Of a DNA stretch of 64,000 nucleotides, positions 11,547-25,098 are shown piece after piece. A program made the translations under genes and the position numbers. This DNA comes from Octopus sinensis (lineage: Eukaryota). The stretch's first letter is position 1, and the number at the start of each line of letters is the position of its first letter. The stretch is taken from positions 83,142,001 to 83,206,000 of the forward strand of contig NC_043004.1 in NCBI RefSeq assembly GCF_006345805.1, given 5' to 3'. A model generated the notes under the pieces. That model saw only the letters and a list, made by a program, of their open reading frames with translations, did not search any database and was not told the origin of the DNA.

Positions 11547-13265
11547 TGAGAGAGAGGGAGGGAGAGAGAGGGAGAGAGAGGGAGGGAGAGAGAGAGAGAG
11601 AAGTTGTGTTGATGCATGTGTGCGTGTGTGTGAGGGTGATAAAATAAGTGACAGCGCTCACCAAAAATAAAAATGTAAAATGATATTTTTTTCTTAAACA
11701 AGAGATATAGTATTCAAATTAGGACGTTTTTGAAAGACACCATATTTTATAATAAGATTATGTATACTTTCTCACACAACAATTAAAATATACTTATTTT
11801 AAATCATTTATTTATTTTAAATCGTTCATATTCCACCCCACCCCCCTCACACACACAATACTTCGGATGCGAAAGAGTTTTGTTTTTATTTTACGCCGAG
11901 GAAACAAGTGTTTTGTTTAGAATCAATTTATTTAACAACATAGAAACAAAAAGGTAGGTAACAATTTGTCAGTGAATTATACAATATAAATGGGTAAAAT
12001 TTCCGAGGCTCCACCCCACTACACCCCATTTTTCGGACCACATAAAGGGTTTTGTAGCATATTAGGAGGTCAGGGTAGTTGATTCCACGCAAAAAATTCG
12101 ATTTTTGTTGTTAGAGAAAATCGTGCGAGTGTTATCTAAACGTTTGCCTGAAGTTTCTCATGGTAATTTTGAGATTAAAGATAAATGTTTTCCATATTCT
12201 TAATCTCCGTATTTTTCCACGTATATTGAACAATTGATGGCGAAACGATCAATGGGTACGGGGAATGAAATTTCCGAGGCTTCCACCACACTACACCCCA
12301 TTTTTCGGACCACAAAAGGGTTTTGTAGCATATTAAGCGGCCAGGGTAGTTGATTCCACGCAAAAAAATCCGATTTTTTTTCTTAATGAAAATCGTGGAA
12401 GTGTTAATCTAAAAATTTACCAACCTTTTTTCCATTCATTTCTGTTTATGAAATTCACTGTATGTAATTTTGCTTTCTCGGTGATCAAGGCAAATGTTGA
12501 CTGGCAACGCAACAGTACGCTAATGCTGACATTGGATACAATAACTTGATCTACAATAATGCGCCGATTGAAATCGAGGATGCCCTGCTCAAAATGGGTG
12601 GGGCGGCGTTGAACACATTCGGTTTGCCATTCTCATTGCGACAGGATGTTAACACACTCCGACCAAAGTTACTTCAGTAGTCGTCGTATGACACCTCTGT
12701 CCTTCCGGAGTACCTGATACTAAATGAACCGAAATTTCTCCCTTATCAGAGGCTGATGCCCGAAACTGTCGTCAGTGCCGTTGAAAAATTGTGAGCGGTA
12801 TCTTTTCCCTCGATGCCGCTAGAGGTACCGGCAAATCATTTGTAACACGATTAATAGTTGCTAAGATTCGTCACGAGAAACAAATTGTGCTAGCCGTTGC
12901 TTCCTCGGGAATCGCTGCTACGTTATTGCCGGAAGGTATGACGGCGCACTCGATATTCAAGCTGCCTTTACATTTGGTGAGGGCCGAGGTTCCTACTTGC
13001 AACATTGGCAAAAATTCAGAGGAAGCTGAAGTTCGTTGACAGTGCCATCTCATTGTATGGGACGAATGCACAATGACTAATAAGGGGGCCCTTGAGGCAC
13101 CGGACCGACCACTGAAAGGTATCAGGGATTCTACAGCATTTGTGGGTGGTGTGACTCTATCGCTTTCAGGAGATTTCCGGCAAACCCTTCTTGTCATCCC
13201 TTAAAGAATCCGGGATGATGCAGTGCGCGCATGTCAGCCACGTTGAGGATCCAGGTTAAGACCTT
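11254..13265 (+). mobile_element. Helitron relic with degenerate PIF1 helicase
   Basis: 12791-13200 reads FSLDAARGTGKSF...AVASSGIAATLLPEGMTAHSIFKLPL*...LIVWDECTM...GDFRQTLLVIP (PIF1 motifs). 5' TC-TATATATAAAA-like end at 11254. Internal duplicated block at about 11993-12125 and 12262-12395. Element limits are uncertain. Confidence 0.75.
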
Positions 13266-13279
13266 AAGCCTAAGCACAA

Positions 13280-13344
13280 ACATGTGTGCGCACTTGCCTC
13301 GGTTGTCAAGCGATGTTGGGGGAGAAACACAGACACCCAAACAC

Positions 13345-13395
<51 letters not shown>

Positions 13396-13550
13396 CAACG
13401 GGCTTCCTTCAGTTTCCGTCAACCAAGTCCACTCACAAGGCTTTCGTCAGCCCGAGGCTATAGTAGAAGACACTTGCCCAAGCTGCCACGCAGTGGGACT
13501 GCATCCGGAACTATGTCGTTGGTAAGCAAGCTACTTACCACACAGCCACT
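13280..13550 (-). mobile_element. SINE family B
   Basis: Homology to the other family B copies; internal CA/TA microsatellite. Confidence 0.8.
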
Positions 13551-14177
13551 CTTACATTTTAAGAAGTCCTCTCACGAAAGATTTCATTAAACAGCGTAAC
13601 CACTTCCGAGGGGAAGAGACAGAGAGATATTGAGAGAAAGCGAAAGGAGATTCTACACCATAATTTGATAATTATCAAAAGCAATATCTAAGTACTGAGA
13701 TCTGCAAAAAATGTGATATGTCTGTTACTCCCACCATTTAAAGAAATATAACTTCTCATCCAAGAATCTGATGTATTAGAAAGCGTCATGTTATATAATA
13801 CATTTTAGTATAATAAAGTCAAAGTACGATATATGAAATATATGGTCTGGGGGTTACGATACTTGGTACAAGGCCATAAGGTCGTTGTTCGATTTATGGA
13901 TATGAGGGCAGATGTGGATAGCATTTAATATGCCGAGCAGCTCTTGATTCCATTAAGCGAAACGTTCAAGAATTGCAGTAAGTCATGGAGCCGAGAGCTG
14001 AAACAATTGTTCTGGATGCCTGCAAAACTTAAAGATCGAGATTAGTTGTCGAATGCATAGCGTATTCCACCATTCGTAGTCACTTGCTTTTAATTGCAAT
14101 GCCATTTTTGGTTCGTATCGAAAATAAGGATATTACACTGACAGAGTATTATGTAAGTAGTTTTTTTTATAACTTAC

Positions 14178-14861
14178 CGCAGCATGTAAACGAACACCAT
14201 GTCAAAGTGTTATGATCCGAAACATCAGACTGTTGAATGTAACGATTATTATATAAATGTACAAAGGCAAGTCGTTTTTATATGGGACATTTATAGTTGC
14301 GTACGTTGCAATACAGCAATTAATGATGCTACCAAGTACGATAACTGCTGTAGGAAACTGTAATGATTCATTTACTAATCCCAGTATTGTACTCAGATTA
14401 TCGTGTGCATTGCACAAATCTGTAATCTCTCTAGGTTTTTTCGCCAAAATTGAAATGTATGGTTGCTGTTCCTTTAGGTAACGTTGAGCCTGACCCGCCA
14501 GCTTGTTAAATTCATATTTAAGAATAATCCAGTCATGAAATTTATATACACATCAAATAAACCAGACGTCAGTGACATACCATTAATTACAACTTGTATT
14601 GTTAAAAATGGAATGTTTAAAGTATTGTTGATTGGTACAGGATATGTTAAGAAAGCCAGTATAGCAGGGCTAAAAAGCGGCAAAACTTGCTCTATAAATA
14701 TGTAAATAGTTAGCGGTACCAGTATACTTATAGAGAGAGATATGTATGAGATATGTATGAAGAGATTTTAACGATGAAATATCCGTAACTGATTTCCTAA
14801 TGATATTAAATTTTCTGTATGATTCAAAAATTTTGAGGAACTGTGTTCGCTTCCGTTTCAT
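14178..14861 (-). pseudogene. GRL cassette 2, decayed pseudo-exon
   Basis: Fragments RTQFLKIFESYRKF, LTYPVP, YEFNKLAGQAQ, LCNAHDNLSTILGLVNESLQ and GVRLHAA|GTAAGT. About 300 bp covering TM1-TM3 is deleted, there are at least two frameshifts, and TGA replaces the conserved Trp near the end. Confidence 0.85.
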
Positions 14862-15529
14862 ATTTTCTATATGAGCGATATCTTCAGAATGAGTTTCCAT
14901 ATCGGGAAATGGAATCAAAGACAAGAAAGAGTCAAGTTTTACTTTTTAATGAATTTACTATTCGACTTTCGGTTAAAGTTCTATTTGTCTTTATGTCGAA
15001 GGAAAGCTAGACCATAACATAGAGGAGATGCTCAATATTAGAGAACGATTGGTATGATTTTAGATATTATTTTATCAAAATAATATGCTATTTCAGGAAA
15101 CAAACGTATTACTAATATAGAATAAGCAGCAATGATATGCTCAGAGAGTTGCAATATTATAAAGTTGTGAAGCCGTTAAAACTTTTAAACTAAATGTTTA
15201 ACAATTAATTTCGTGTAATGGCTTTCTTACAGACATCGTATTATTACAAATTATTAGATGCGTTAACACTGGTTATGCACTCGTTTTTTATGTGAGACTA
15301 ATTGTCAGTTTCTATGCAGCAACAATAAAAGATATTGCGAAACACGTTTCGCTAAAAGCCTTTACATAATTTAGCGATATATACATGCGCATGTATGTAT
15401 TCCTCAACACACACACACACACATATATGCATATCTAGTTAAATACATGTGCACGAATACATATAGGTATACACACATATGTAGTTAAAGATATATGTAT
15501 ATATACATATGTAGTTAAATATTTGCGTA

Positions 15530-15578
<49 letters not shown>

Positions 15579-15673
15579 CTGTGTGTGTGTGTGTGTCTGT
15601 GTGTATTATTAAGTCGATTATAGCGTAGTTGAATATATATGTATATATACATATGTAGTTAAATATTTCTCAC

Positions 15674-15741
<68 letters not shown>

Positions 15742-16155
15742 ATATATGTAGTTAAATATATATTTATATATACATACACACATACACACACGTACACACT
15801 CATAGACACGCATGTAAGCAGAATAAATATTATGCTTACATGTTTGCATGTTTGGATGGTTGCTAATTCTCTTACATTAAAACCCATCACTTTTTTCGAC
15901 GTCGTCAACAATAAAAATATCACTGATGCTGAGACGTCAATTAGTTTACCATAACGCTAACAATGACTCCATATTTATCTAGTCGTATAATTTGCTTAAT
16001 CAGAATTGATTCAGTTACGTAAGAGATAGGTTTATTATTTTTTATCATGCGTTGTTGTGTTGAAAAAATCTCGGGCGTCAGTCCAGTGTTTCTGGGTTCA
16101 GGTTGTTCTGGTAACTCAAAGCTCCAGTTTTCTATGGTATGGACAGCCATAAAGC

Positions 16156-16385
16156 GGCGAACTGGGAGAAGCGTTAGCACGCCGGGCGAAATGCGTAGCT
16201 GTACTTCGTCTGCTGTTGCGTTCTGGGTTCAAATTCCGCCGATGTCGACTTTGCCTTTCATCCTTTCGGGGTCGATAAATTAAGTACCAGTTACGCACTG
16301 GGGTCGCTATAATCGACTTAATTCATTTGTCTGTCCTTGTTTGTCCTCTTTGTGTTTAGCCCCTTGTAGGTAGTAAAGAAATAGG
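16156..16385 (+). mobile_element. SINE family A
   Basis: ggcgaactgggagaagcgttagc...gggttcaaattcc (B-box)...gactttgcctttcatcc. Confidence 0.8.
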
Positions 16386-16419
16386 TGTGGACAGCCATAT
16401 GTGGGCGTATATTGTTGTA

Positions 16420-17270
16420 CAACAATAGCACTTGATTTGACAGTAAAACTTGGTGTTTCGTACGAATAGTTGGTTTTAGTTTGTTGGTCAGCATTTTACT
16501 GTAGCTTACACTGGGGACTATAGACCCTTTTTCCAGGTTATATTGCAGTAATAAGCCTTTCTATATTTCGAAAAACAGTTAGTGTCACGTTTTTGCGGAG
16601 GGTTGAGGCTTGAATTTCTTCTTGCTCGGAGGTTCCAGGTATTTCTATTCCATACTCTGCCTTTTGCATTCTGGTTTAAAGTGATGGACTCATCACCTTT
16701 AACTATTCTCTCCAAAAATGCTTCGCCTTCATCGCTGTAGCGGTCGAGTAAATAACGTCACACCGCCGCCCGATTGTACATATACGCTTCAGTAAGCTCT
16801 TTTGACATCCATAGATTTTACGAAGCGAAGCCTATTGTGGAAGATTTTGGAAGCAGAAGCATAATTAATTTGCAGAGAAAATGCCCCTCAGGGATGGTCA
16901 CTCGACGGTTCACTTGAACCATCTTTCGGCTTGTTGAGTTTTCTCATCAGTAGCAGAGGATGTGGCTGTCCTCTCCCTCTTGGTGCTTCGGGCTTTCTAG
17001 CCAATTTGAGACTTCTCGATCCACCCACACACTTCTACTGAAAACCTATAATAAATTTTAACCTCTGACACACCTGTAGACCGGAAAACCCAGTTCTCTG
17101 ATCACTATACTTCCTTGGTGCGCACTTTCCAGTAGAGGATGAAAACTAGAGGGAACAGGGTCAAATCACGATTACGTTACCAAAAACGTGACACGAGAGC
17201 GCTGAATGTAGTTCAGCCAAAGAAAACCAATTTTAGCGAAAGTGTGTATAACTTTTGACTGCCGCTTGTA
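16420..17270 (-). mobile_element. Decayed mariner transposon
   Basis: Minus strand reads LLDRYSDEGEAFLERIVKGDES (first catalytic D motif). TIR-like tacaagcggcagtcaaaagtt at about 17270. Confidence 0.65.
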
Positions 17271-17771
17271 TGACACAAATCTAAATTTTAGACGGTACCG
17301 ACAGCAGTATATATTATTTCTTATAATTTTGTTCTATTTCATGTCATACGCGCTACAATTAATAGACCGGATTTGCTAAGAGAATTTAACATCAAATCGT
17401 TCTCGCTGCCTCCATTTCCGTGCGCATTGATTTCTCCCCACCAGACATATGACCAGCAAATGTGGCCAATTCAGGGAGAGATATAGAGAGACAGACGGAC
17501 AGAGACAGATACAGAGAAACACAGAGAGACAAAGAAACAGAGTCAGAGAGAAAGAGGCAGAAAGAAAGCGAGAGATGGTAATTTATTCAATCTCTTTGGA
17601 TGAGAGACAAACTTAAACTCTTCATAATATGCAGACAGAGAGTAAAGAAACGAAATACACGACAAAAGGTCGCTTTACTTCATCTATACACTTATATGTT
17701 ATAGCTATTATAGCAATACGGATGTGATGTAGATTAGAAAACTTAGAGTTAATAAAATTTGTACAACTTAC

Positions 17772-18728
17772 CGATTTGTTTAAATGAATTCCGCACCAAA
17801 ATATTACAATCCAAGGAATCGCAGAAACCAAAACTACCACAATGGCATAAATGTTTGTATACATGTTACCTTTGAGAGCATCATTTATTATTCCGTAAGT
17901 AGCAATACAGCAGCTGATAATACTACTGAACACGGTACACCCTGAAATAAACTGCAAGGAATCATTTACTAAACTCAGTATTGAACTAAGAGCATCATGA
18001 GTGTTACATATGTCTGTAATATCTCTATGATTTTTAATAATATCCGACTTCGCTGATTGCTTTTCAGTTACATAAATCTGTGCTTCATTCGCCACTTTGT
18101 TAAAGTGATGCATAAGAGAAACTGCGATTAGAAGATTTATGTACACATCAGCTAATATGGATACCGTTGCCATTGAATTAAATACAACATGCATTGCTAA
18201 AAATGGGATGATATATTTATAATCAGCTGGTACAGGGTATGTCAAATACGTGAACAAATCATTACTGAACAGCGGTATTATAAGATCTATAGTTATGCTC
18301 CCAATAATAACCGGACATATTAATATATACACTGACTTATATACTATAGGTCTGTTATACCAGATGTTTTCTTCATGTTCAGTTTTAAGTTCGGCAAACT
18401 TTTCAATTAGTTCCTTGTGTCTAGATTTTCTGAACAGTTTTATCAATACAGATAAAGATTGAAATATGCGGAAAATTATTATGTAAATACATAGAAACAT
18501 TTGATGGCTTTCTATAGTTCCAATTTGTACTAAGGAAACTATGTGCCGTATAGGATTTAGAAATAAATACATATAGAGCAGTAATGAGAGAACTTGAAAA
18601 GAAAAACCTTTAACTTTGTTTGATTTCAGCAATGATATGTCGGTTATTGATTTGAGAAAACTATTAATATTTGCATAAAATTCGAGAGTTTTCAAGAAAG
18701 GTGTTTCATTTGTGTTCACAGTCTCCAT
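17772..18728 (-). CDS. GRL first coding exon, cassette 3 (319 codons, intact)
   Basis: ATG at 18728. Motifs ETPFLKTLEFY, LTYPVP, HHFNKVANEA and ICNTHDALSSILSLVNDSLQ. Ends WCGIHLNKS|GTAAGT (17771-17766). Confidence 0.8.
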
Positions 18729-18837
18729 ATTTACTCCTTTTCACGACGTGTTGACTGACCAACTCGCTCTTAACATATACTCAGGTCATACGAGATTTCT
18801 CTCACTTTCAGAGTGAGCCCAAGTACATCTCTCTGGC

Positions 18838-18845
18838 TATTTATA
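18838..18845 (-). promoter_or_regulatory. Candidate TATA box for GRL cassette 3
   Basis: TATAAATA on the minus strand, an Inr-like CTCACTC about 20-30 nt downstream, and the ATG about 110 nt downstream. AT-rich background makes a chance match possible. Confidence 0.35.
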
Positions 18846-19307
18846 CTTGTGTGATGCGTAAATGCTTGTCGTAAAACATTATTTGTCTTAAGGGACACTT
18901 GGAAAATATTTCAGAAAATATAAACAAATAATTCAATATGACATTAATATTGACAAATAGCAGCTTATACAAAACACGGGAAATGATTTTTCTTCATAAT
19001 ACAGATGTGAAATGAGTGCATGAATGAATATGTATATATATACATATATATAGAGATAAATAGATATATATGCTTGTGTGTGTGTGCGTGTGTGTGGGTA
19101 TGTGTATATATATATATGTGTGTATATATGTTTGTCCAGGATAGGACTACACAGCCACAGCAGGAAATGTATCAGGACATGAAATGTAAAAGCCGGACTA
19201 GACTACTTTATGCGCAACTCCATTGTCTCCCGAGACAAAAAAGAATGCCAACCAACCAATATATATATATATATATATAAATATGTATGTATATCTATCT
19301 ATATATT

Positions 19308-19394
<87 letters not shown>

Positions 19395-19428
19395 ATCTAT
19401 ATCTATCTGTATATCTATATATACATAC

Positions 19429-19481
<53 letters not shown>

Positions 19482-19484
<3 letters not shown>

Positions 19485-20768
19485 GGTGGGGAAGCAAAAT
19501 TTACAATGAACGTTAAGTTGTTTTTTCTCAGGAGACACTAAGTCAATTGTTATGAAACCTAGCATATATTGATGTCATACTCATACCTAACACTATTATC
19601 CTTACTTTTTCAGAAACTTTTGTCCATATGAGTAGTCAGGAAAGCAAAAGTCAAAAAGTGTGTGACTTTCTGAATGCACTCGTCCCACCATAGGAGATTT
19701 CAAAAATAGTTGGAGTGTCCATAAAAACTATTTATAATGTAAAGAATAGAATGACTATGAGTAAAACTATTACGAGGAAGTCTGGAAGTTGAGGAATCAA
19801 CAAAAAACGTAACAAAACTTTTATTAAAGCTCTGAAATCCAAAATCCTAAAGGATCCAACCAAATCCATGATAAAAATGGCAATTGAACTTGAGGTAGAC
19901 AACAAGACCATTAGAAATGCTGTAAAATATGATTTGATGTTAAAATCTTACACAAGAACACCAAAACACTTGTTGACAACAGCTCTGAAGGAAAAGAGAT
20001 TGGAAAAGTGCAAGAAAATTATTACACGGTTCAAGAAAATGTCCTCCATTATAACGATCTTTTCAAATGAAAAGATCTTCAGTGTTAATGCTGTTCTGAA
20101 CAGCAGAAATGACAGATTTATCGCAAAATCAATAGCTGAGGTTAAGGTGACATTCAAAACAAAATATCCTGCTCAAGTTATTGCTTTTGGTATTGTGGCT
20201 TCCGATGGAAAGAAAATGCCTATAATATTCTACAAAGCTGATGAAAAGATCAATGTTAATACTTACTACAAGACTTTGAGATACCAGGCATTGCCATGGC
20301 TTCAAGCAAACTACCCAGATGGTAATTATGTATGGACACAGGATGGTGCTCCAGCCCGCACAGCTAGAAAAATACAAGATTTCTGCAAATCCAACTTTAG
20401 CAATTTTTTGGAATCGTTTTTCTGGCCACCTTCTAGCCCAGATATAAACTCTCTGGATTATGCTATTTGTGGTGTTTTAGAACATGCTACCAATAGAACA
20501 TCACAAAGCAATGTCGACTTAAAGATACTATTAAAGAAGAATGGGAGAAGTCGTCTCCCGAATATTTGAGGAACGCTTGTGCAAGTTTCAGGAAGCGTGT
20601 GAAGGCAGTTATTGGGAAAGAAGGAGGGACACATAGAATAAAAATATTTTCTATTTTGTAAATTGTCTTGTAGCAAATAAATTCTTATGACTTTCAATAA
20701 ACAAATTGGTCATACACTGTCTTTCAATCCCTGCCTCAAAATATTGTAAATTTTGCTTCCCCACCCTG
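19482..20768 (+). mobile_element. maT-family (DD37D) Tc1/mariner transposon, full length, inactive
   Basis: 26-bp TIRs cagggtggggaagcaaaatttacaat with TA flanks inside (TA)n. Transposase 19868-20569 has QDGAP...SPDINSLDY with 37 residues between the two D. First D is mutated (FSNEK) and there is an upstream TGA. Confidence 0.92.
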
Positions 20769-21382
20769 TATATATATATTTATGTATATATATATATATA
20801 TATATAATATATATATATATATATACGATTAGATTCCCCTAGGTATCAATCATGTCTAATCAAGTTTTTCATACACAATAACAGGAATACATAAACACCA
20901 ATCAATATTTATCATTTTTGTTAATTATCCGACATCTGTATGTCTGGATTAGGTAATCCTATCTATATAATTATCGAGGTGAAAATTCCATTTTTGGGCA
21001 TATAATTGTATATCAGTATATACATATGTTCTTTCCTGAGCGTCCAAAAATACTATATTTGTTGCACGTCCTCGCGTTGTTGTGTTTTTTGTGTTTTCTT
21101 GTTTGGATCAACTTTATATATATATGTATGTATACACGCAGGCATTTACGCACACACTCACATATACACAGAAACACACACAAATACTGACACACACATA
21201 CACACATATATATTTATATAGAGAGGAAATACAAAAGAAAAATCAACAACGCAAGGACGTGGTAGATGTAACGAAACTTATCACACACAGCATAGGATAC
21301 TGTTTTTGCTGATCGTAACCTAGTGGAGCCACAAACTATACACATACGTACATATATACATACAAACATACATATATACATA

Positions 21383-21745
21383 ACTATGTGGTAGGTAGCT
21401 TGCTTACCAACCACATGGGTCAGTCCTGTGTGGCACGTTGGGCAAGTGTCGTCTACTATAGCCTCGGCTCGACCAAAGCATTGTGAGTGGATTTGGTAGA
21501 CGGAAACTGAAAGAAGCCTGTCGTGTATAGATATGTATTTGTGTGTGTGTGTGTGTCTGCGTTTGTTTCCCGCCATCGCTTGACAACCGATGCAGGTGTG
21601 TTTACGTCACGTAACTTAACGGTTCGACAAAAGAGAACGATGGAATAAGTACTAGGCTTTCGAAGAATAAGTCCTGGGGTCGATTTGTTCGAATAAAGGT
21701 GGTACTTCAGCATGGCCACAGTCAAATGATTGAAACACATAAAAG
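21383..21745 (+). mobile_element. SINE family B, near full length
   Basis: tRNA-like head, central GT microsatellite, and 3' tail cagcatggccacagtcaaatgattgaaac. Confidence 0.8.
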
Positions 21746-21777
21746 ATAGAAAAAAGAAAAAGCGAGTATATATATAT

Positions 21778-21837
<60 letters not shown>

Positions 21838-22599
21838 GTGTGTGTGTATGTTCTGTTCTGTTATTTGTATTTGTGTAACGTTCGCCGTTCTTTTTCGTAC
21901 TTGCTTTCGGATGCATTTGTTGCTTTCTTCAAAGAAATTTAATGCTCTTAGATTAGTTTTTCCTTGCGCTGGCCAGATTAGAGCAATCTCGAGTATAACC
22001 AGCCGAAATTGCAAAGATAATCTGGAACACGACTGAAGAAAGAAAATTCCAAATGAACGTCCCCCCCCCGTTTCTTTGTATCGTCTATCTGGATGTTTTG
22101 TTGTCCCTTTTTTGTATCACCTAACTGTCTGGATGTTTTGCGTTCTTGTCCTATTTTATATTACTATTTATATGTATGTGATACATCATGTGTGTATGTA
22201 TGTATATACAATCTAATCCAGTAGGTGCATACACACATATACGTATATTTATAACACGTAAATACACACATACATATATCCATACAAACATACATACCTG
22301 CTGACGTTCATATCATGCATACATACATAACAATTTCTACTATTTTGCGGTTGGGGCTAGCCTATTACGTAGATTCATGTTCTGAAGGAGAATTTAGTTA
22401 ATCGGCCATGAAAGAAAGAAAGGCAGAGCTGTGGCTGTGTGTTTGTATAGACATATGTATGTGTGTATTTACGTGTTATGTATATACGTATATGTGTGTA
22501 TACGCCTATTGAATTAGATTATATATACATACATAGATACATACATACATACATACACACATGCTGTCTCTCACACACACATGTTCTTAAACATGCATG

Positions 22600-22618
22600 C
22601 ATAGAGATCGGTAGATAA

Positions 22619-22649
<31 letters not shown>

Positions 22650-22848
22650 TATAGATAGATAAGATAGATCGATAGATAGAGAGAGAGAGAGAGGGGGAGA
22701 GAGAGATAGGTTGATTGATAGTTAGTGAGAGACAAACAGATAAACACACAGACTGACAGATAGACAGAGAGACAGGCAGGAAACAGATAGCTTGATAGCT
22801 AGAAGGAGGGTAAAACAGATAGACAGACATATAGATAGGTAGATAGAG

Positions 22849-22885
<37 letters not shown>

Positions 22886-22886
22886 C

Positions 22887-22918
<32 letters not shown>

Positions 22919-23156
22919 ATAGATAGACAGACAGACAGACAGACAGTCAGTTAGACTAACAGATAGACAGATTGATAGTTAAGGAAAAACAGATAGATAG
23001 ACAGACAAACAGATAGACAGATCGATCGATAGATAGATAGACAGACAGAAAGTCAATCAGGCAAACAGATAGATTGAGTGATAGCTAGAGAAGAAAAACC
23101 CAGAGACAGACAGAGTGACTGAGAGACAGACAGACAGACAGACAGACAGATAGATA
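22600..23156. repeat. GATA/GACA compound microsatellite
   Basis: Direct inspection; forms the 3' flank of the Tx1 insertion. Confidence 0.95.
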
Positions 23157-25098
23157 TGTTTCTTTATTAGCCACACAGGGCTGCACACAGATAGAACAAA
23201 TTACAAGGTAGAGCTTTTCTTTTGAAGGTTTAAAAAAAAAAAAAAAAAAAAAAGGAAGGGGGAGTTTCGATCAAAAGGGATCGTAAAAGGAGAGAAAGAG
23301 GACAAAAGAAAGGGGGTGTTAAAAAAAAAAAAGGGGGGGGGGGAGAGGAAAAAAAAATTGATCAATAGGGATCGTTATCACAGAAATGTCAATATGAAGT
23401 GTAAAGGGGAGGACAGGTGAGGTTTACCCGTGGAAAGAAAAGCCTACGGAAAAGACCACGGTAACCTCGGTCAATGAAGTCACATTTTATATTTCTTTTT
23501 TTTTGCAAATAAGCAACTCTCTGTTTTCGATTTCTGGGTTCATAGGACTATGCTCAAGGTGGCTTCGTCATTCATACGTGCCATTCTTGCTACATTCACC
23601 CATCTTTTTTTAAAACATTCGCTAGACAAAACTTGCCTCTCTACTCTCACTTTCCTTTTCAAGTGGTACTTGAAGAAGTTGATGAGAGATTGACCAGAGA
23701 GGAAAGTGTTTGTCTCCAATCCTTTCAGACGCGTCCACCAGATACATTCTTTCGCCATAGCCACAAGGATGATGAAAATAGCTCTTCCTTCCCGTTTGAA
23801 GGAAGGAGGCGTGACAATATTGACGATAGACTCAGCTGATAAACCGACTCGTCCCACACGTGACAGCAGTTGTTCGACATAAGCCCACAGGTCGGAAATT
23901 GTTGGACACTGAACGAGTGCGTGCAGAACGGTTTCGTCGCTCTGACCGCATCTCGGGCAGGTCGGCCCCGTGTTTCTCGAGCCGTGTCTGTAGAGCTTAT
24001 CCCGAACGGGTAGCGCTTCTCGGTAGCACTGCCAGGCCAGGGATCTCTGGAAGTTGTCCATGGGCCCTGGCCCGAAAGTCGTCCCGAACAGGCGGGTCAG
24101 GTACTCCTCGTCGACGTCCAGGTTCGCCCCGAGCTCGTCGTCGTACCTCCCCTCCACTAAACCCCTATAGAATGCTTTGGTTGTGTTGAAGTCACTTAAG
24201 GTCGACCCAGGACGGCAGAGTTGCTTGAGAGCAACGCGACACTCGCGGTGCCATTCGCCCTTCCTCGGCCTCTTTTTGATCCACGACTGCAGTTCGGTCA
24301 TGGAGACGAGCTGCGGGAAAGCGTGCCTCACAAACGGCGACCACACCTGTTCACCGTCGTCTACATAGAGCCAGAGATGTCGCAGTCTCAGCGCGTGTCT
24401 GCGCATCATCAACCACGGCATGCCCAGCCCTCCTTTTAACGGGTGTTGACAGCAAATGGATCGCCTGACCATCGGGACGCATCCTTTCCACAAGAAGCGA
24501 AAGAGGATGCGTTGTAGTTTGGTGATGGTAGGGTCGGGACAAGGTACGACGGTCAGGCGGTAGTAGATGACGGACGCGATGTACGTGTTCGCCACCTCCG
24601 CTCGACCTTTTAGGGACAGTTTCCTCTCGGCCCATTGCCGGGCGAGAGTGACCACCCTACTCGTTATCTCGTTCCAGTTCTTCTCCACTTGGAGGTCCGG
24701 ACCAAACCAGACCCCGAGCAACTCAACCGGGCCGTCGGTCCAGCGTCCCACGACGGAGGCGCTGGTGGACGGCATGGGCTTGCTTCTCCAGGTGCCTAGT
24801 CGCAAGCCCACTGACTTTTCCCGGTTGATTTTCGCTCCTGTCACCGCTTCGTAGTTTTTCAGTGTCTCGCCGACCAGCTCGATGTGCTCGTGGCTAGACA
24901 CTATGACGGTGACGTCGTCCGCGTATGCAGACACGCTCGTCCCGCATCCCAATTCTCGCGGGATGCCCCTTAGAGTCGCCAGCTTCCGCAGTAGTGGCTC
25001 AAGAGTCAATACGTATAGAAGCGCCGAGAGGGGGCATCCCTGACGGACCGAACGTGCAATGTCGAAAGGTCTCGATAGATGTCCATTTACGCGAATTT
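23157..25098 (-). mobile_element. 5'-truncated Tx1/L1-clade LINE
   Basis: Open frame from [23 protein letters not shown] through AYADD to the zinc knuckle CPRCGQSDETVLHALVQC, with the stop at 23540. 3' UTR has AATAAA at 23168-23163. Confidence 0.92.

Noticed and set aside
17622-17771. Read-through tails of the GRL ORFs past the donor (for example ...FVVYFVSLLSVCIL in cassette 3; also cassettes 4 and 6) as a seventh TM
   Set aside because: Similarity among paralogues stops exactly at the GT donor, and the tails differ in length and sequence, so they are intronic.
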